Of a stretch of 64,000 nt of DNA, positions 17,250 through 54,222 are shown one piece after another. Source of the DNA: the human T2T-CHM13v2.0 reference genome, Homo sapiens. The first letter of the stretch is position 1, and every line of letters starts with the position of its first letter. Position numbers and translations under genes: made by a program. The stretch lies in the NCBI RefSeq assembly GCF_009914755.1, contig NC_060937.1. The stretch is one strand, 5' to 3'. Under the pieces are notes generated by a model. The model was not told where the DNA came from. It made no database searches and saw only the letters and a list, made by a program, of their open reading frames with translations.

Positions 17250-17421
17250 TAAAAAGTTGGCTAGAAATCAAATTTTTATGCATTTAATTGTTTTAAGTGC
17301 ATTATGGTTAAGCATTCTGTAGAAGTCTTTTGAAAAGTGCTGTTTGTCCTGGGGTTTAATGAACTGGATTTTCTTGATTTGGGACATTTTTCTTAGGCAT
17401 TTATAAATATAGCCCAATTTA

Positions 17422-18484
<1,063 letters not shown>

Positions 18485-19059
18485 AAAGTTAAATTTGAAA
18501 TGGCCTTATGGTAGATTCCTCCCCCGACACACACTTACTTCATGTTTTCTTTCATTATATATTTTAATGGATACAAAATATAAATAAACACTAAAAGTTA
18601 AACAGAAATATTTGAATATCAATAATGCCAAATAACTAGAAAATCTCAGAGCTCTAAAACAGCAACAATTTAGAAACTATATAACCTCTTTTTATTGTAG
18701 TTTTTACAGAAACATAATTTAAAGCTTTTTGTTATCAGAGATATATTACATTATGCCAGTGGCAAAAGATGGGATTTATTTCCTCAGCATCCTTATCTTT
18801 AAATTTCTGTACATCTTTCCAAAATTTATAGCTTTGGAAAAGTGATAAAACTTTTTTTCCTGAATTTTGTTTTAACTTTTAAAAACAGAAATATTGTTTA
18901 CATCTTGCGTATCTTATATAACAAACATCTGCTTATAGATTCCAGTAAGAAAAGTTGGTTAAACGGTTGTATTATTTTCTCGTACTAAATAGACTGCATA
19001 AGGTAGAAGTTAAGAATGATTGCCCTGTAGTCTAAGTGGGAATGTGGAGGCTTTCGTTA

Positions 19060-20950
<1,891 letters not shown>

Positions 20951-21259
20951 AAGTGTAGGGATACAGATGCTGTGAGTGGATAGATATGAGGGTGGGAGCT
21001 TATGGAAGTTCTCTTTTGATTACTTCTGTTGTCTTAGTGCTAAGAGTATGAATGAGAAAGGAGGAGTTAGAGATTTGAGAACAGAGGGGACAGGATCAAA
21101 GAGAGCACCAAGACTAAGAAAGGCAGTTCTCAGGCGTGATTTCTAAAAAAATCTCTTTCATAAGAAAAATAATCTAAAATATAATTATTTAAAATCAAGG
21201 ATCTCATTTTTCAGGAACAAATATGAGTTGAAATCATTCTGTTGACTGTTAAGTGGAAT

Positions 21260-21568
<309 letters not shown>

Positions 21569-21700
21569 AATGAAGTTTTTATCAGTATGATACTTTGATA
21601 CATGTCAAATAATTTTCTGAAATTATATTGTAGATCATATGAACTCATAAAAACTTAATGATCTTGAACAATGTAGTTTTTGTACAGAGAATAGTTGTAG

Positions 21701-21940
<240 letters not shown>

Positions 21941-22418
21941 TAAAGCATTACATTACGTAATCATATACGGCAGTATGGTTAAGGTTTCTGTGTAGTCTGT
22001 GACTTCCATGTCAAAATGTTGCACAAGCCAGTTGTCAGTGACAGTTGCCATCCCACACTGCTGTTCTCCTGTCATCCCTAGCCCCCATTTAAGAGAGATC
22101 ACACATTCATGCATTGCTTGCTTCCCTCTTTCCCCACCCCCTCCTTAACCTCTTGATGTATGAGAAGAATATGAGTTACTAATTTGATCCACTATTTGGG
22201 GATTGCTAATAAAGCATTTTTGCATTTTATTTTTTGCTTTTTAAAAATAATTGATATTTTAACAATATGAAACAATATATTCCTAGCTACAAAATTTTTA
22301 ATTCTCAGTATTTCTTAGATAAATTCAGTTTTTATTCTCAGTTATTCAGTGACTTGTTTAAACAGTGGAATTCTAGAGTCACACTTCCTAAAATATGCAT
22401 TTTTGTTTTCACTTTTAG

Positions 22419-22773
22419 ATATGATACGGAAATTGATAGAAGCAGAAGATCGGCTATAAAAAAGATAATGGAAAGGGATGACACAGCTGCAAAAACACTT
22501 GTTCTCTGTGTTTCTGACATAATTTCATTGAGCGCAAATATATCTGAAACTTCTAGCAATAAAACTAGTAGTGCAGATACCCAAAAAGTGGCCATTATTG
22601 AACTTACAGATGGGTGGTATGCTGTTAAGGCCCAGTTAGATCCTCCCCTCTTAGCTGTCTTAAAGAATGGCAGACTGACAGTTGGTCAGAAGATTATTCT
22701 TCATGGAGCAGAACTGGTGGGCTCTCCTGATGCCTGTACACCTCTTGAAGCCCCAGAATCTCTTATGTTAAAG
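22419..22773 (+). CDS. BRCA2: BRCA2 exon 18 (355 nt; OB1 fold)
   Basis: acttttag|ATATGAT...TTAAAG|gtaaat; contains IELTDGWY motif. Confidence 0.97.
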
Positions 22774-24349
22774 GTAAATTAATTTGCACTCTTGGTAAAA
22801 ATCAGTCATTGATTCAGTTAAATTCTAGAAGTTTTACATTTAAATTTTAAATGCTTACTAAGGATGCTCAATTTCTTAGATGTACTGATAATTTTAGTAT
22901 AAAAAGCATATTCTTCAGACAGTTAAAGTTTTTGTGCAGTTTTTGGGAGGTCCAGAGATCTTTCTTGAGCTTAAATAATGCATTTCCAATTAAAAAGCAA
23001 AATAAATTTGCACCATTTGATTTTGGTATCTGTAGCTTGCTGCCCTCTTGTTCTCATAGCTTTGCTTTGATCAGATCCCTATTCCACTCTGGATTAGAGA
23101 ATTACATTTTAGTACTTTTCAAATATGTAATAGATACACTTTTTATCTCTATGTAGATTTTAAACTACATAACAGGACTCTTTGTCATATTGAATGGTCT
23201 GCAGTATTGCTATCTGAAATTACCGATAATATTGTACATTCAGATTCACTTAAGAGGTAACCTTGCAGAGAATTTACTTCTGTGGTATTCTGGATCACTC
23301 TAAAGAGAATGTTTTATAAATTAAACATTTTTAAGGTAAAGATATATTTTGTTTGGCATTAGTTCCATGTTGGATTGATTGCTTTTTACTGAAAGCATTC
23401 CATCAAGCTGAAACAGTCTTTTGTTTTATGTTGCTTAGAACATCAAGCTTGCAGTGGCTTTCATTTTCTTGTTTTTGTTTTTTTTTAAATCAAATCAATG
23501 CATGTGCATAATTTGGAAACTCAAGTAATATAAGACATATAACCAAAAAAAAGCAGTTGCTAGCACAACCCTCCCCATCCTCATTCATGGTCCCAAGAGG
23601 CAATCGTTTCCAGTCTGTTTGACTATTTTTTAGCTTGTACTGCTGTCTTCTTTCTCTCTTCAGTTTAGACAGCAACCGTTAACTTCCTGCTATGGAAAAT
23701 GAGGATTTCATTGTCTTACTCCAACACTGCTACATATTTCTCTACCCTCTTCCCCATCTTCCCTCTACTAATACAGCATGATTTTTAGTGAAATCTGTAT
23801 TCAGTGTATACATTATAATGACTGAAAAATATTTTTTGCAATTTAATACCTAATCGACTTGTGATCACATTTCCTTTCTTTACAGCTTACTGCTTTCCAT
23901 GAAGTTATTAACTGTCCTTTTCATTTCTCTTAATTTTCTGTGTCCTTACACAGGAGCTATAAAAATCCTGCCCAATATGTTAAAATTTCTCCATTGGTTC
24001 CATTTCTGTTTCTTGGAGAACCCCTGGACCTCTTCATATGCTTACTCCATTCTGAAGTGCTCATTTTCTATGTGTGCCATACAGCTCTCATTCTGTAAAT
24101 TATTCTTACCTCTTTTCTGTGTTAGAAACCCCATTTCCTGGTTTCCATGTCATCTTTCTAGAGTTTTTCCCCCAATTTTAAGGGCCCACAACTCTCAGAG
24201 GCTTGTTGGGAAAAGGAGCATGCAAGCTTTTTGATATCTTAGGGTAAGGTTGGCTGGATATAGAATTCTAGGTTGAAATAATTTCTTCAGAATTTTTAAG
24301 ACATTTCATTTATCTTCTTTAGCATAGCTCCTGCTAATTGCAGTGCATT

Positions 24350-24981
<632 letters not shown>

Positions 24982-25766
24982 TAACTTTTTTTTTTCCTTT
25001 AATTCTTGGCCCAGATGCTTACTGGCACTTACTCTAGAAACACATAGTCCTTCATTGAGTTCTGGAAAATTTTCTTTAAGTGGTTCTTTTATAATTTCCC
25101 TCCATTTTTTTCTCTAGTTTTTTCTGGAACTCCTGATGTTTGGACACTAGGCCTCCTATATTGTTCCTATAATTTTCTTGTCTTTTCTCCTACTTTCTAT
25201 TTGATTGTCTTTTTTTATTCTAACTTCTGGGATGGTTTTTAATTTTTTTCTTCTAATTCTTTATTAATATGCCATGTTTTATAGATTTGTCTTTAAATAT
25301 TTTTACATAATTTTGTAACAAAATACAAAAAAAGCAATTCCTAAAAATTTAGAAAGTCAAATGAAAGCAAAGAACTTAAGTGTGTTTTCAATTAGAGCAT
25401 AATCATACCAAGAAAGTATTTCAAGTAACTTAAAAAATGTTTTATGTCCCTAGTGGTATATACCCCAAGAACAACAATAGCAACAACAACTATAAAATGA
25501 AACAAAATCTTAAGCTATTGTTAGTAATCATATTGCTGGTGGTAGTGTTGGTATTCCTATTCTGAAGTTATAGTGGATGTGAAGTATGTTGTATGTGTAT
25601 ACTCTTTTACGTATATTTGTTGTATGTGAGTAATTATATGATTATAGAGAACAGGGATCTTTTTATCAGAGAAAGGTGCAGATGTGAGATTGAAGTAAAA
25701 GAAAACTTGTGGTTCTGCATTTGTATTGGAAATATCATTATGAACTCGAGATCTATATTATCTTTA

Positions 25767-27055
<1,289 letters not shown>

Positions 27056-27237
27056 CTAGGTAAAAGGAGAAAAAAATCAAGCATTTATCTTTCTTCTCTT
27101 ATATGATCTATATTTTGGGACCCTCAAGTAGATGAGGGGAAGTTTCTGTTTATAAAAATGTTTCAACAAATAAGGAATAATAGAATTAAAATATAACCAT
27201 TTCGCAACCCTCAAATTAGGGTTGTCTTTTCTTCTAA

Positions 27238-30391
<3,154 letters not shown>

Positions 30392-30954
30392 TAGAGACTT
30401 TGAATTTAACATTTTTAATGAGTAAATTGTTTTTATTTTGAGTAGTAAATTGACTTTATTTTTTAGTATCTAGGGTATTCTTTTTTGGTGTTAGACAAAG
30501 AATAGCAACAAGGGACAGAAATATCAGGTCTAAGCCATTTGTAATATTTTTCCTGAATTCTTACCTATATGATGTGGCTTTTGCATTTTTGTCATGGTAG
30601 TTATTAGCTTTCATGTGTTATTATGCCTGGAACTAGGACCTATTGTGGTGTCAATTTTAATATTAAAAATCATGGTGTTTTGATGTTTATATGACATAAA
30701 TTTTATTTTTTCGTATCTCCCTTTTGTTGTTGCTGAAGATTTTATGTTTTTCTGCATTTCCTCATGATTTATATAGATGTAACATGTTCTATAGGACATG
30801 TAATTTACATGTCCTATAGAACTATAAGTTACATGTCCTATAGAACTTACAGTTCTATAGTTATCTGCAGAAATATTGCTCCTTATGCTTTATTTGCTTA
30901 AAATTATCACTAGATCATACTATTTTCATAAATAAATGAATATGAAATCATTCA

Positions 30955-35380
<4,426 letters not shown>

Positions 35381-35478
35381 TGTTAACTCACATATTACTG
35401 TAATTAAACTCTGTATGACTTTTTTTTTTTTTAAACATGAGTACACTGGTTTCAAAATTTCCTGGAAAACTTATAGCA

Positions 35479-35780
<302 letters not shown>

Positions 35781-35882
35781 CTTTTAGCAGTTATATAGTT
35801 TCTTATCTTTAAATCTCCCTTCTTTGGGTGTTTTATGCTTGGTTCTTTAGTTTTAGTTGCTTTTGAATTTACAGTTTAGTGA

Positions 35883-36038
<156 letters not shown>

Positions 36039-36548
36039 TAAGAGGACATATAATGAGGCTTGATGATTATTCAAGGTGAGAAGCTGTTTTAGACTCTCTG
36101 GCCATCACAGGAAGGAGTATGTTGAAATGCTGCATTTCTCAAAAGGGATGTGTACATTTCTGGGATTTTCAGTGATGTGCCAGACGAGTGTGGTGGTATG
36201 TTTTCAACTATATACCGAGTAGAGGATGGGAGGGTTCTAGAATTTTATATATTAATTAAATTTGGTTTAAAATGCAGGCAAAACTTGTTTTATTTTTGTC
36301 CCTCCTGTACTCTGAAGCAAAAAAACTTTTTTATTTTTAAGATAAAACAAATATCTTCAAAGTAATGGCTTAGTTTCCATGTTCTTAGCTGTTTCTCAAG
36401 TCCTTCCTGGAGTGTACTTGATAATCCTCTACCCTAAGGGTACTTGGGTAGAAATGTTTCCGAAGCACTAAACTGTTAGAAGTAGCATAGGCTTTAGAAT
36501 CGTGGCACTCTCATTTTATTAGCAAAGTAAATGACAATAAAATAGCTG

Positions 36549-36844
<296 letters not shown>

Positions 36845-38499
36845 GCTATTAAATGGGCGTAAAATGTTGTTTTAGGATCAAATAAATAATCTATATAAAA
36901 GTTCCATATAAATGTTAGTTACTATTATTAGAACATAATTTTATATATTAAACTACCTCCTAAATTTTTAGACAGGTAGATAGCTAAAAAAAAATTCAAA
37001 TTCTAAGATTAGTTTGTTAGGGAGGAAGGAGCAAATATTTTACCAAAACTACTTGTTTTTAATTGATTAATTTCATTCACTTGATGACTTAGTAAATCTT
37101 GTGAATATAGCCTTAAATTTCTTAAATAGTGGGACTACAAAATAAACAATATTTCATCAGTAATGTAAGCAGTGCTATACTGAGTAGAATTCCCTCCTGT
37201 TCCGAAATGTTACAATTTGGGTTCTCCCTGTGAGAAGTGAGTCCGGTTTTAAAACCTGTGAGTATACTTGCTGCAGGTCTGAAAATGAAGGCTTTATGAT
37301 TCTTTCTTGAAAAATTATTTGCCTCTATCTTTTATAATATTATTTGTTGAAGCTTGTGCATTCTATGAATCATCATGAAGATAGCTTTAATTTCATCCAC
37401 AAAATTTAACAATATTTTTTTGTCTGGACATAAGGGGGCAGAATAAGAGTTGGAGTAGGGCCTTGCCCAGCCACTCTGTAACTGGACAAGTGATGTATTT
37501 ATTTCTTAGGACCTCATTTCCACCTTCTATCAAGGGAAAACCTAAGAGTAGGTTATCTTTAGGGTTCTAAGTGCCTATGAGTCTATGAGATTTGACTTTA
37601 TTAAAGTTATCTTTGTAATTCTTTGAGGAGAACGTAGGCATCCATTTTTAAAACAGTCCTGTTAGAATTTGTTTTCAGTAACAATGTTGAATGATGGCCT
37701 TTTGAAATCAGGTTTTACAACAAAATTGTTTAAACACTGCCTGCATATTTAGAATCTCTATACCTATATTAAGATACAGAGATTGGATAGTCTCCCTTTT
37801 CAGTATAGATAATCTCCCTTCCCGGTAGAGATTAGGATATTAAGATGTATAATATCCTAAAGTGTAGCAGCAGTCTGGTATGTTACATGTCTAAATTCCA
37901 TTTCCTATTTTATTTGTTTATTGATTTATCTGTTTATTTTTGTTACACTGGGTAAGATTCCCAAGAGGTACAAGTAGAAATTTGCTAAAGTGAGTAGGAC
38001 AGAAGTGTAGAGGCAAACATAAAAGTATGTTTAGTACATATCTGTTTTAAATTGTATCTACTATTTCAAAGTTAATGGAATTATACTCCTGGGGCTAAGA
38101 ATGAGGGTTCTAGGGCCAACCTCTACTACCTATGTGGCTTGTGCAAATTAGTTGTCCCCTTTGTGCCTCAGTTTTACCTACAACACAGAAACAATGATAT
38201 TACCTACCCCATGGACTGTTGTGAAGATTAAATGAATTAGTACATTTACTACACATAGATCTATTTCTCAAAATAATGAGCATTCAGATATTAGCCATCT
38301 GTAATGTAGTTGGTGATGATTATGATTATTAGAGTACATTTATAATTGGAGGATCATTTTTGCCGTAGGGAAATAGAATTATTAATAGTTTGAGGCACCT
38401 GAGAATATTATGTGAGAAACTGATTACATTAACCACACCCTTAAGATGAGCTCTAATTTTGTTGTATTTGTCCTGTTTAAAGCCATCTAGTTACAATAG

Positions 38500-38793
<294 letters not shown>

Positions 38794-38925
38794 TAAAAAA
38801 TGACCTTACTAACAAAATGATTATAAATCCAGATAAAGTATAAAGTTAGTTTATATCAGAGAAGCAAAATCCACTACTAATGCCCACAAAGAGATAATAT
38901 AAAAGAGGATCTGTATTTATTTTGA

Positions 38926-39195
<270 letters not shown>

Positions 39196-39243
39196 TAGTT
39201 TATGGAATCTCCATATGTTGAATTTTTGTTTTGTTTTCTGTAG

Positions 39244-39399
<156 letters not shown>

Positions 39400-39718
39400 T
39401 AATTTTTTTTATTGATTCTTTTAAAAAACATTGTCTTTTAAAATCTCTTATGATTAGTTGGAGCTACCAGTTGGCAAATTTGCTAGCTAACTAGTGATCT
39501 GAAAGTAAGCCTCTTTGAACCTCTGATTTTTCATGAAAAGCAATTCTCTCAATTCTATATTATTTCAAGGGTAACAAGTTACATCCTAGTCTGTGTACTT
39601 AATTTTATAGAAATTGTCCTTAATTTTATTTTCTGCAATTTATGTTTTCTTACTATTTCTGGTGTATGTGTTTATCCCATTGTGATGTTATATTGGTGTC
39701 CTCAATTTATTTCCTTAG

Positions 39719-40075
<357 letters not shown>

Positions 40076-40408
40076 CAGAGTCAAGCTTTTATTTTATTGA
40101 ATATATGGTCTTACTAAGTTCAATAGCATGAATCTGTTGTGAAGAATTCAAGAATTTTCTTCTATTTGTTGAGTTTTGTTTTCTTAGGAGTTTTGCTCTT
40201 TCTCTTTTGCTGTGTTTTCTCCTTATTTTTTAAATGTGTTTGTGTTTGGTGAGTTATGTTTTAGTGCTTCGTAGGTTTTTCTTTGACTATATTATATTAG
40301 TAAGCCACATTGTTCCCATGCCATTTTATTTCATCTTGGTCATATTTGGATGACTCTTTTCACACATTTTATTGTTATTATAGAAGGTGGATAACTTTTG
40401 TTCATTTA

Positions 40409-43300
<2,892 letters not shown>

Positions 43301-43837
43301 AAGGCAATGAGTGAGCCAGGGTCAATGGATGCCTGTAGCAAGGAACAGTAATGAATGACAGTCTGATAACACGAGGTTCAAAACTGAGTGTTTTTAGAGT
43401 GGGAGGAGCAGCAATGAAGCATGAGGAAGACATCTGCCTCATCTCAGCCTCCAGTAGCACAAGGTCTGCAGGGGCAACTGTACAGGCAGACAAGAACCAG
43501 GTTTGTTGCAACAAGATGGCAATGAGAGCACCTGCAGGAAAGGGTGACGGTAGTGGAGATCTTACTGAGTTCCAGAGGCCCCATTGAAAGGATTCGAGGA
43601 GATGAAGAGGTAGGAGGAGATGGTGCCCAGAAAGGCCACATCCAAAGCCTGGAAGCGGAATCCAGGGAATTTGGCATGACTGAGAGCCTGTGCTGCCTTT
43701 TTTAAATGTTTTAATTTTTGTGTGTTTATAGCAGGTGTATATATTTATGGGGGAGCCTGTGCTTGTTATGGGGACTGACACAGATCAGCTCTTGGCCCCA
43801 AGGCAAGGTGTGTGGGAGAAGAAAAAGTGAGGAGGCC

Positions 43838-45880
<2,043 letters not shown>

Positions 45881-46064
45881 AAAGTGAGAAGGTCGGTGCC
45901 ATGACCCAGTGTAATTCTTGACTCTCTATTTATCCAAGATTAATTTCTCCCCCCCTTAGTTACAGTGTGAGGGCTGGATATTTGAGTTTCTATTCATGAT
46001 ACAGTATGTATCCCTGGAAGATGTCTCTGGTTCTAGATCATTTTTCCCAGTTCAGTGAGTAACG

Positions 46065-46387
46065 CCGTGTATTTATTTGCTATAACAAAGAACCATAGAC
46101 TGGGGGCTTAAACAACAGAAATTTGTTTTCTCACAGTTCTGGAGGCTGGAAATCCAAGATCAAAGTGTTGGCAGGGTTAATTCCTTCTGAGGCTGTGAGA
46201 ATCTGTTCATTGCCTCTCTCTTTGCTTCTGGTGATTTGCTGGCATTTTTTGGCATTCTTTGGCTTGTAGATGTCTCACCTCCACCTTTGCCTTCATTGTA
46301 AGGTGGTGGTCTCCCAATGTACATGTCTGTGTCTAAATTTCCCCATATATTAGGACACCAGTCATTATATTAGAGCCTGCCCATATG
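46065..46387 (-). mobile_element. MLT1-type MaLR LTR fragment (host of LTR13A)
   Basis: Motif cttaaacaacagaaatttgttttctcacagttctggaggctgg. Confidence 0.7.
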
Positions 46388-48975
<2,588 letters not shown>

Positions 48976-49551
48976 TTTCCAGATAAGGCTGCATTCACAG
49001 GTACTGGGAATTAGTCACAATGTATCCTGTAACATCCTGGAACCTTTCCTTATGTCAGTCAGTCCTGGTCACCTGTTTGGTCCCTGGCAGTTTTTTCTCA
49101 TTTCTGTTCAGAAGAAGAAAAAGGTAAAGATTCTTCAGATTTAGGAATAACAGAATTCTCAAAAATGTCATTTTACCAGTTTAGTTGGGGAAGGAGATTA
49201 GACTCTGAGCCTTCCTGTGCTTAGTTCTATCCATAATCTTCTGTTTCTTAATCACCAGATTTTAAATTTTATATCATGATATTCCACGTTTGTAGATTTT
49301 GGGTGAATGTTTCCTTTTTAAAATTTAATTTGTTTTTAAGTGTTAAAGTTCTATTAGAAAGTTTCAAGGAGCCACCTTAAACCAGAAGTCTTTAACACCC
49401 AGATCTAGTCATGATGCCTCCCAGCTTAAAATCTTCAGTGGTCCCCTGTCCCTTAGAAAATGAAACCCAGACTCTTTTGTATACCCCCAAAACCATTCAA
49501 CTTCCTGCCTTAAACCACCACCATACACACGTCAGCTAAACTCTAATTTTA

Positions 49552-49690
49552 GGCTGGGCGCAGTAGCTAATGCTTGTAATCCCAGGACTTTGGGAGGCTG
49601 AGGCGGCTCGCAAGGCTAGGAGTTTGGGACAAGTCTGGGCAACAGTGAGATTCTGTCTCTATAAACATAAAAACTAAATTTAAAAAAAAA
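49552..49690 (+). mobile_element. Alu monomer (FLAM-like)
   Basis: Single left-arm Alu with A-rich tail. Confidence 0.75.
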
Positions 49691-50422
49691 ACTACTTTAA
49701 AACATAATAATAAAACAAACTGTACAAGTTCATATTCCTGATGCATGATAACATTTAATGCTTCCTACCTTTAAAAATCTTCTTTGTTTTGCATAGATGC
49801 TCTTTTGTTCTCCCCCTCTTGATGAATTTGTCCTATTCATTATTCAGCTCAAGTATTACCTCCCTAGTCAGATGCTTACAGTCTGGGTTAGATCCTCCTT
49901 CCTCCAGCTTTTGAAGCATTTTGTTGGTTTGGCTGTTTCAGCACTTGTCACATGGTCCATGATCCTACCTGTACACTTCTGAATAAGCCACCTACTAGCC
50001 TCAGTAATACAATGATCTCTTCAAGGACAGGGACTCTGTTTGGATTTCTACTTCCACTTCTGACATAATGGGTTGAAGCAGGGGTCAGTTGTTGAAAACT
50101 CCAGGTATGCAGCATCTCATACGGTCCTCATAGTCACACTGTTCATTTGCTATTATCATCCCACTTTACAGATGGGGAAACTGGAGCTCAGAGAGGTTAA
50201 GTAGCCTGCTCAGGGTCACAATGCTATAAATTGATTTGAACTTATACTTTCAGGCCCTAAAGCTCTTAGGTTCTTTCTTATACTTCATGCTGACAAAACA
50301 AAAGCAAACTCAACATTTGAGAGTTGGGCTTAAAACAGGGACATCTGTATTTTTAATCTAATGCTTTGTTACTGTATTACAGAAACACTGTGATATATAA
50401 TGAGTTAATTAAACGAGAACCT

Positions 50423-50830
50423 TTCTTAGGTTGGGAAAGATTTGTTTTGGGGAAAGCCTGTTTCCCTGGGAAACAGACTTACAGATTTCATGTAGGAGAT
50501 TAGAAAATGCCCTTAGGAACAGCACTTGTGAGGAAGCAAATGCAGCAGGATTGGGCAGAAGAAGAAGAAAGGTTCAGTTAGTCCCACAGGGACTTCTGGA
50601 GCTGGGTGGCCCTTCAGAGTCTTGCTAGCCTGAGGCAAGAGCCAGTCCTTGCATACTGGCTCCTCCAGGGAGGGGCATAGCCTTAAGCAAGACAATGCCT
50701 TTCGACAGAGGGCAAGTCCAGGAGGGAACTCAGAGGTGAGTTGTCAATAGCTAGCCCTCCCCAGAAGCTGGAGGATCACATGCCTTGGTCCTGAAGGGGA
50801 TCTGCACCCGCACCATGGCATCCACTCCAG
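50423..50830 (-). mobile_element. LTR16-like ERVL LTR
   Basis: Motif gcagcaggattgggcagaagaagaag recalled from LTR16 consensus; boundaries approximate. Confidence 0.45.
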
Positions 50831-51645
50831 GTGGAATCGGTGACAGTGGTTTTATAAATTGCTAAGTCCTTTATTGTTTCAGTGACATTTTCTAAAAGGA
50901 ATTAAAAGCTTTGAAGAATTCTATGCAAGTTCAGAGTAGGCCAGACCACAAAGCTGCAAAATAAGTTTCTTCTTTTCCTTTTGTCTTGTGAAGATTTACC
51001 TAGTGTAGGATTCTAAAAGTGTTACACTAAAAATTCTTCCAGTTGTTATCAGTTGTATGATAATTAAAGAAATAAGGCTTCCATTTCTTTTGATGGAATT
51101 TGATCCAGACATGGAAACCTCCACTTACGTAAAAGTGCAATGAGGAAACTACACTGTTTACTTTTTATTTTTCTGTATTCTAAATGTTTTTCAATAAACA
51201 TGTATTTTATATTTGGGGAAAACAAGATATATTTAAAAAGGACATTTGGGAGAAGGACAGTACTATCATCAAGTTTTGAATATAATTAGAGGCAAGTTCC
51301 AAAATTAGAAAATGGAACATGCTTGAGAAACTTATAATTTCTTTAAAAGCAGTGTTTAAAATTAAGATCCATTAAATAAATTTGAAATGAAAAGAAAGAA
51401 AAGATGAACCATCATTTGCAATAGAATAAACAAATCCTTATCTGAGAATGACATTTCCATTCCCTGTTATTTACAACGGATACATAATTCTCAGAGTAAC
51501 AAAAACAATAAAGTATAAAGAGTAGAATTAAATGCTTAGTGCCTCTTCCAACTCCAGCTTTCCTAGCCTCAGTTCTATCCTGGTTTATCCCAGGATAGAA
51601 TGGATAGCACCTACCCATCTTTCACTTTAGAATTTTATAACTCTT

Positions 51646-51848
51646 GGCTAGGCACAGTGGCTCATGCCTGTAATCCCAGCACTTTGGGAGGCCAAAGCAG
51701 GCAGATCACTTGAGGCCAGGAGTTCAAGACCAGCCTGGCCAACATGGCTTGAACCCGGGAGGCGGGGGCTGCGGTGACCCAAGATTGCACCACTGCACCC
51801 TAGCCTAGGCCACAGAGTGAGACTGCGTCTCAAAAAAAAAAAAAAAAA
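51646..51848 (+). mobile_element. Alu with central deletion
   Basis: Left arm fused directly to the distal right arm; TSD aattttataactctt / aattataactctt. Confidence 0.8.
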
Positions 51849-52151
51849 TTATAACTCTTTATTTTGAACTAATTTCAGACCTTTAAACAAGTTGCAAAAA
51901 TCGTGGAATTTCCAAATATTCCTCACCTAGCTTCCCCTAATGTTAACATCTTGCATAACCGTAGTACAATTAGAATCAGAAAGTTAATAGTGGTATAATT
52001 ATTACCCATACTGTAGATGTATTTGAAAAATTGTTTGAGTTTAAGGTATTTTACCCTGTTTCCCCTTTTTTGTTCTGGGATCCCAAATTGCATTTAGTCA
52101 TTTTTCCCCTGTATTTTCTACCAGTCTTTAATACTTCCTGTCTTCTTTTTC

Positions 52152-52210
52152 ATGATCATTATGCTTTTGAATAGACTGATAATGATCATTATGTTTTTGA
52201 ATAGACTGAT
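52152..52210. repeat. 30-bp tandem duplication
   Basis: atgatcattatg(c/t)ttttgaatagactgat twice. Confidence 0.8.
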
Positions 52211-53877
52211 CAATTATTTTGTAGCATTCCCCTCAATTTGAGTTCGTCTGATGTTTTCTCATGACTAGGATGAAGTTATGCATTTCTGGCAAGACTACCA
52301 CTGAAGTGATGATGTGTCTTTCTCAGTACATCATATCAAGGGGTTAATGATACTGATCTTAATCACTTGATTAAGGTGATAATCTGCTGGGTTTCTCCTC
52401 TGTACAATAACTTCCTTTTTCTTTGTAGTTAATAAATATCTTGAGGGAGATTCTTTGAGACTGAATCCTATTTCACATCAAACTAGCATTCATCAGTTGA
52501 TTTTGTTTGCAACAATGATTACTGTGGTATTTGCCTAATTATGATTTTTCTCCCTTTCTTTCCTTCTACATTAATTGGAATTCTATAAGGAAAAGCTGTG
52601 CCCTTTCCACCAATGTATTTATTTGGTTATTTATATCAGTATGGACTCAAGAACATTTATTTTATTCTGCAGGTTAAAATTTGGTACCTTCATTATTTTA
52701 TTGTTTAACTTTTTTTTTTTAGCTTTGACCATTAGGAGCTTTCTCATATGGACTCGTGTGTTCTTTCAACCAGCTTTCTTCACTTTTTGAACACTTCCTT
52801 ATTTTTTGACATCACAAGATGTTCCAAGTTCATCTTATATGTTCCCTGCCCTAGTCTTGGAATCAGCCATTTCTCTTGGCTTCTTTTTTTTAGTAGAAAA
52901 TGGTGTTTAGATCCAAGATCTGGTTGCTAGATAGGCTCATTACTTTACTGTGGAGGCATCAGTACTGCCAGGCCCTCTCAGCAGACAGAGGTGGGAAATG
53001 TTTGTCTTCCATTTTGGATTCCCTCATGTCTAGTTGGATTTGTTTGTTGGTTGGTTTATTGGGTATGTGAAGTATCACTGTGGTTCTAGGGAGTCAGACC
53101 TGTACAAAAAGATATACTTCATGTCACTTCCTCCTTATCCTTGCAGTCCCAATCCTAATCCTCCTTTTTCCCCCACTCACACCCTGTTCCTTTAGTTTCT
53201 GAGTTTATCCTTCCTGATTTCTTTTGCTCAAATGAACAGATACATGTGTATTTTCTTATATTCCCTTCTTCCTTATAAGAAGGGGAACATACTCTAGCCT
53301 TTCTTTTATGCTTTTCTTTTTTAACTCAACACTGTCCTGGAGATCAGTTCATAGAAATCGTCCTCACTCTTTTTTTACAGCTACGTGGTACACCATTGTT
53401 TGGATGTACCACAGTTTATCCAACTCTATCCTGTATATGAGCTAATAAAAGTTGCTTCCAATATTTTATAATTATAATGTTTCAGTGAGTAACCTTGTTC
53501 ATAGGTGTTTTCATGAACTTTATGTTCATGTGTATTTTACTATTATTAGAGGTCTATCTTCAGAGAGGAGTACAAGAAATGGGATTACTGGGTGCAAAGG
53601 TAAATGGATATGTGTCTTTGCTAGGTATTGCCAAATTTATCTCCAGAAATCTTGCACAAATCTGTACTCCTGTTAGCAATGTGTGCGTATACCTGCTTCC
53701 ACATGACCTCAGTAAAAGAATGTGTTGTCATATTGGTATTGAAATTTTAGCACTGTAAGCAACAGGTCATTTTGGAAAACCTGAGCTTTCGCCAAATTCA
53801 GCTATTTTGATTTGCTTTTATTATTAGCATATACCAAAATAAATAGGCATATTAGAGTTTCCTTTCTTGCATCTTAA

Positions 53878-54222
<345 letters not shown>

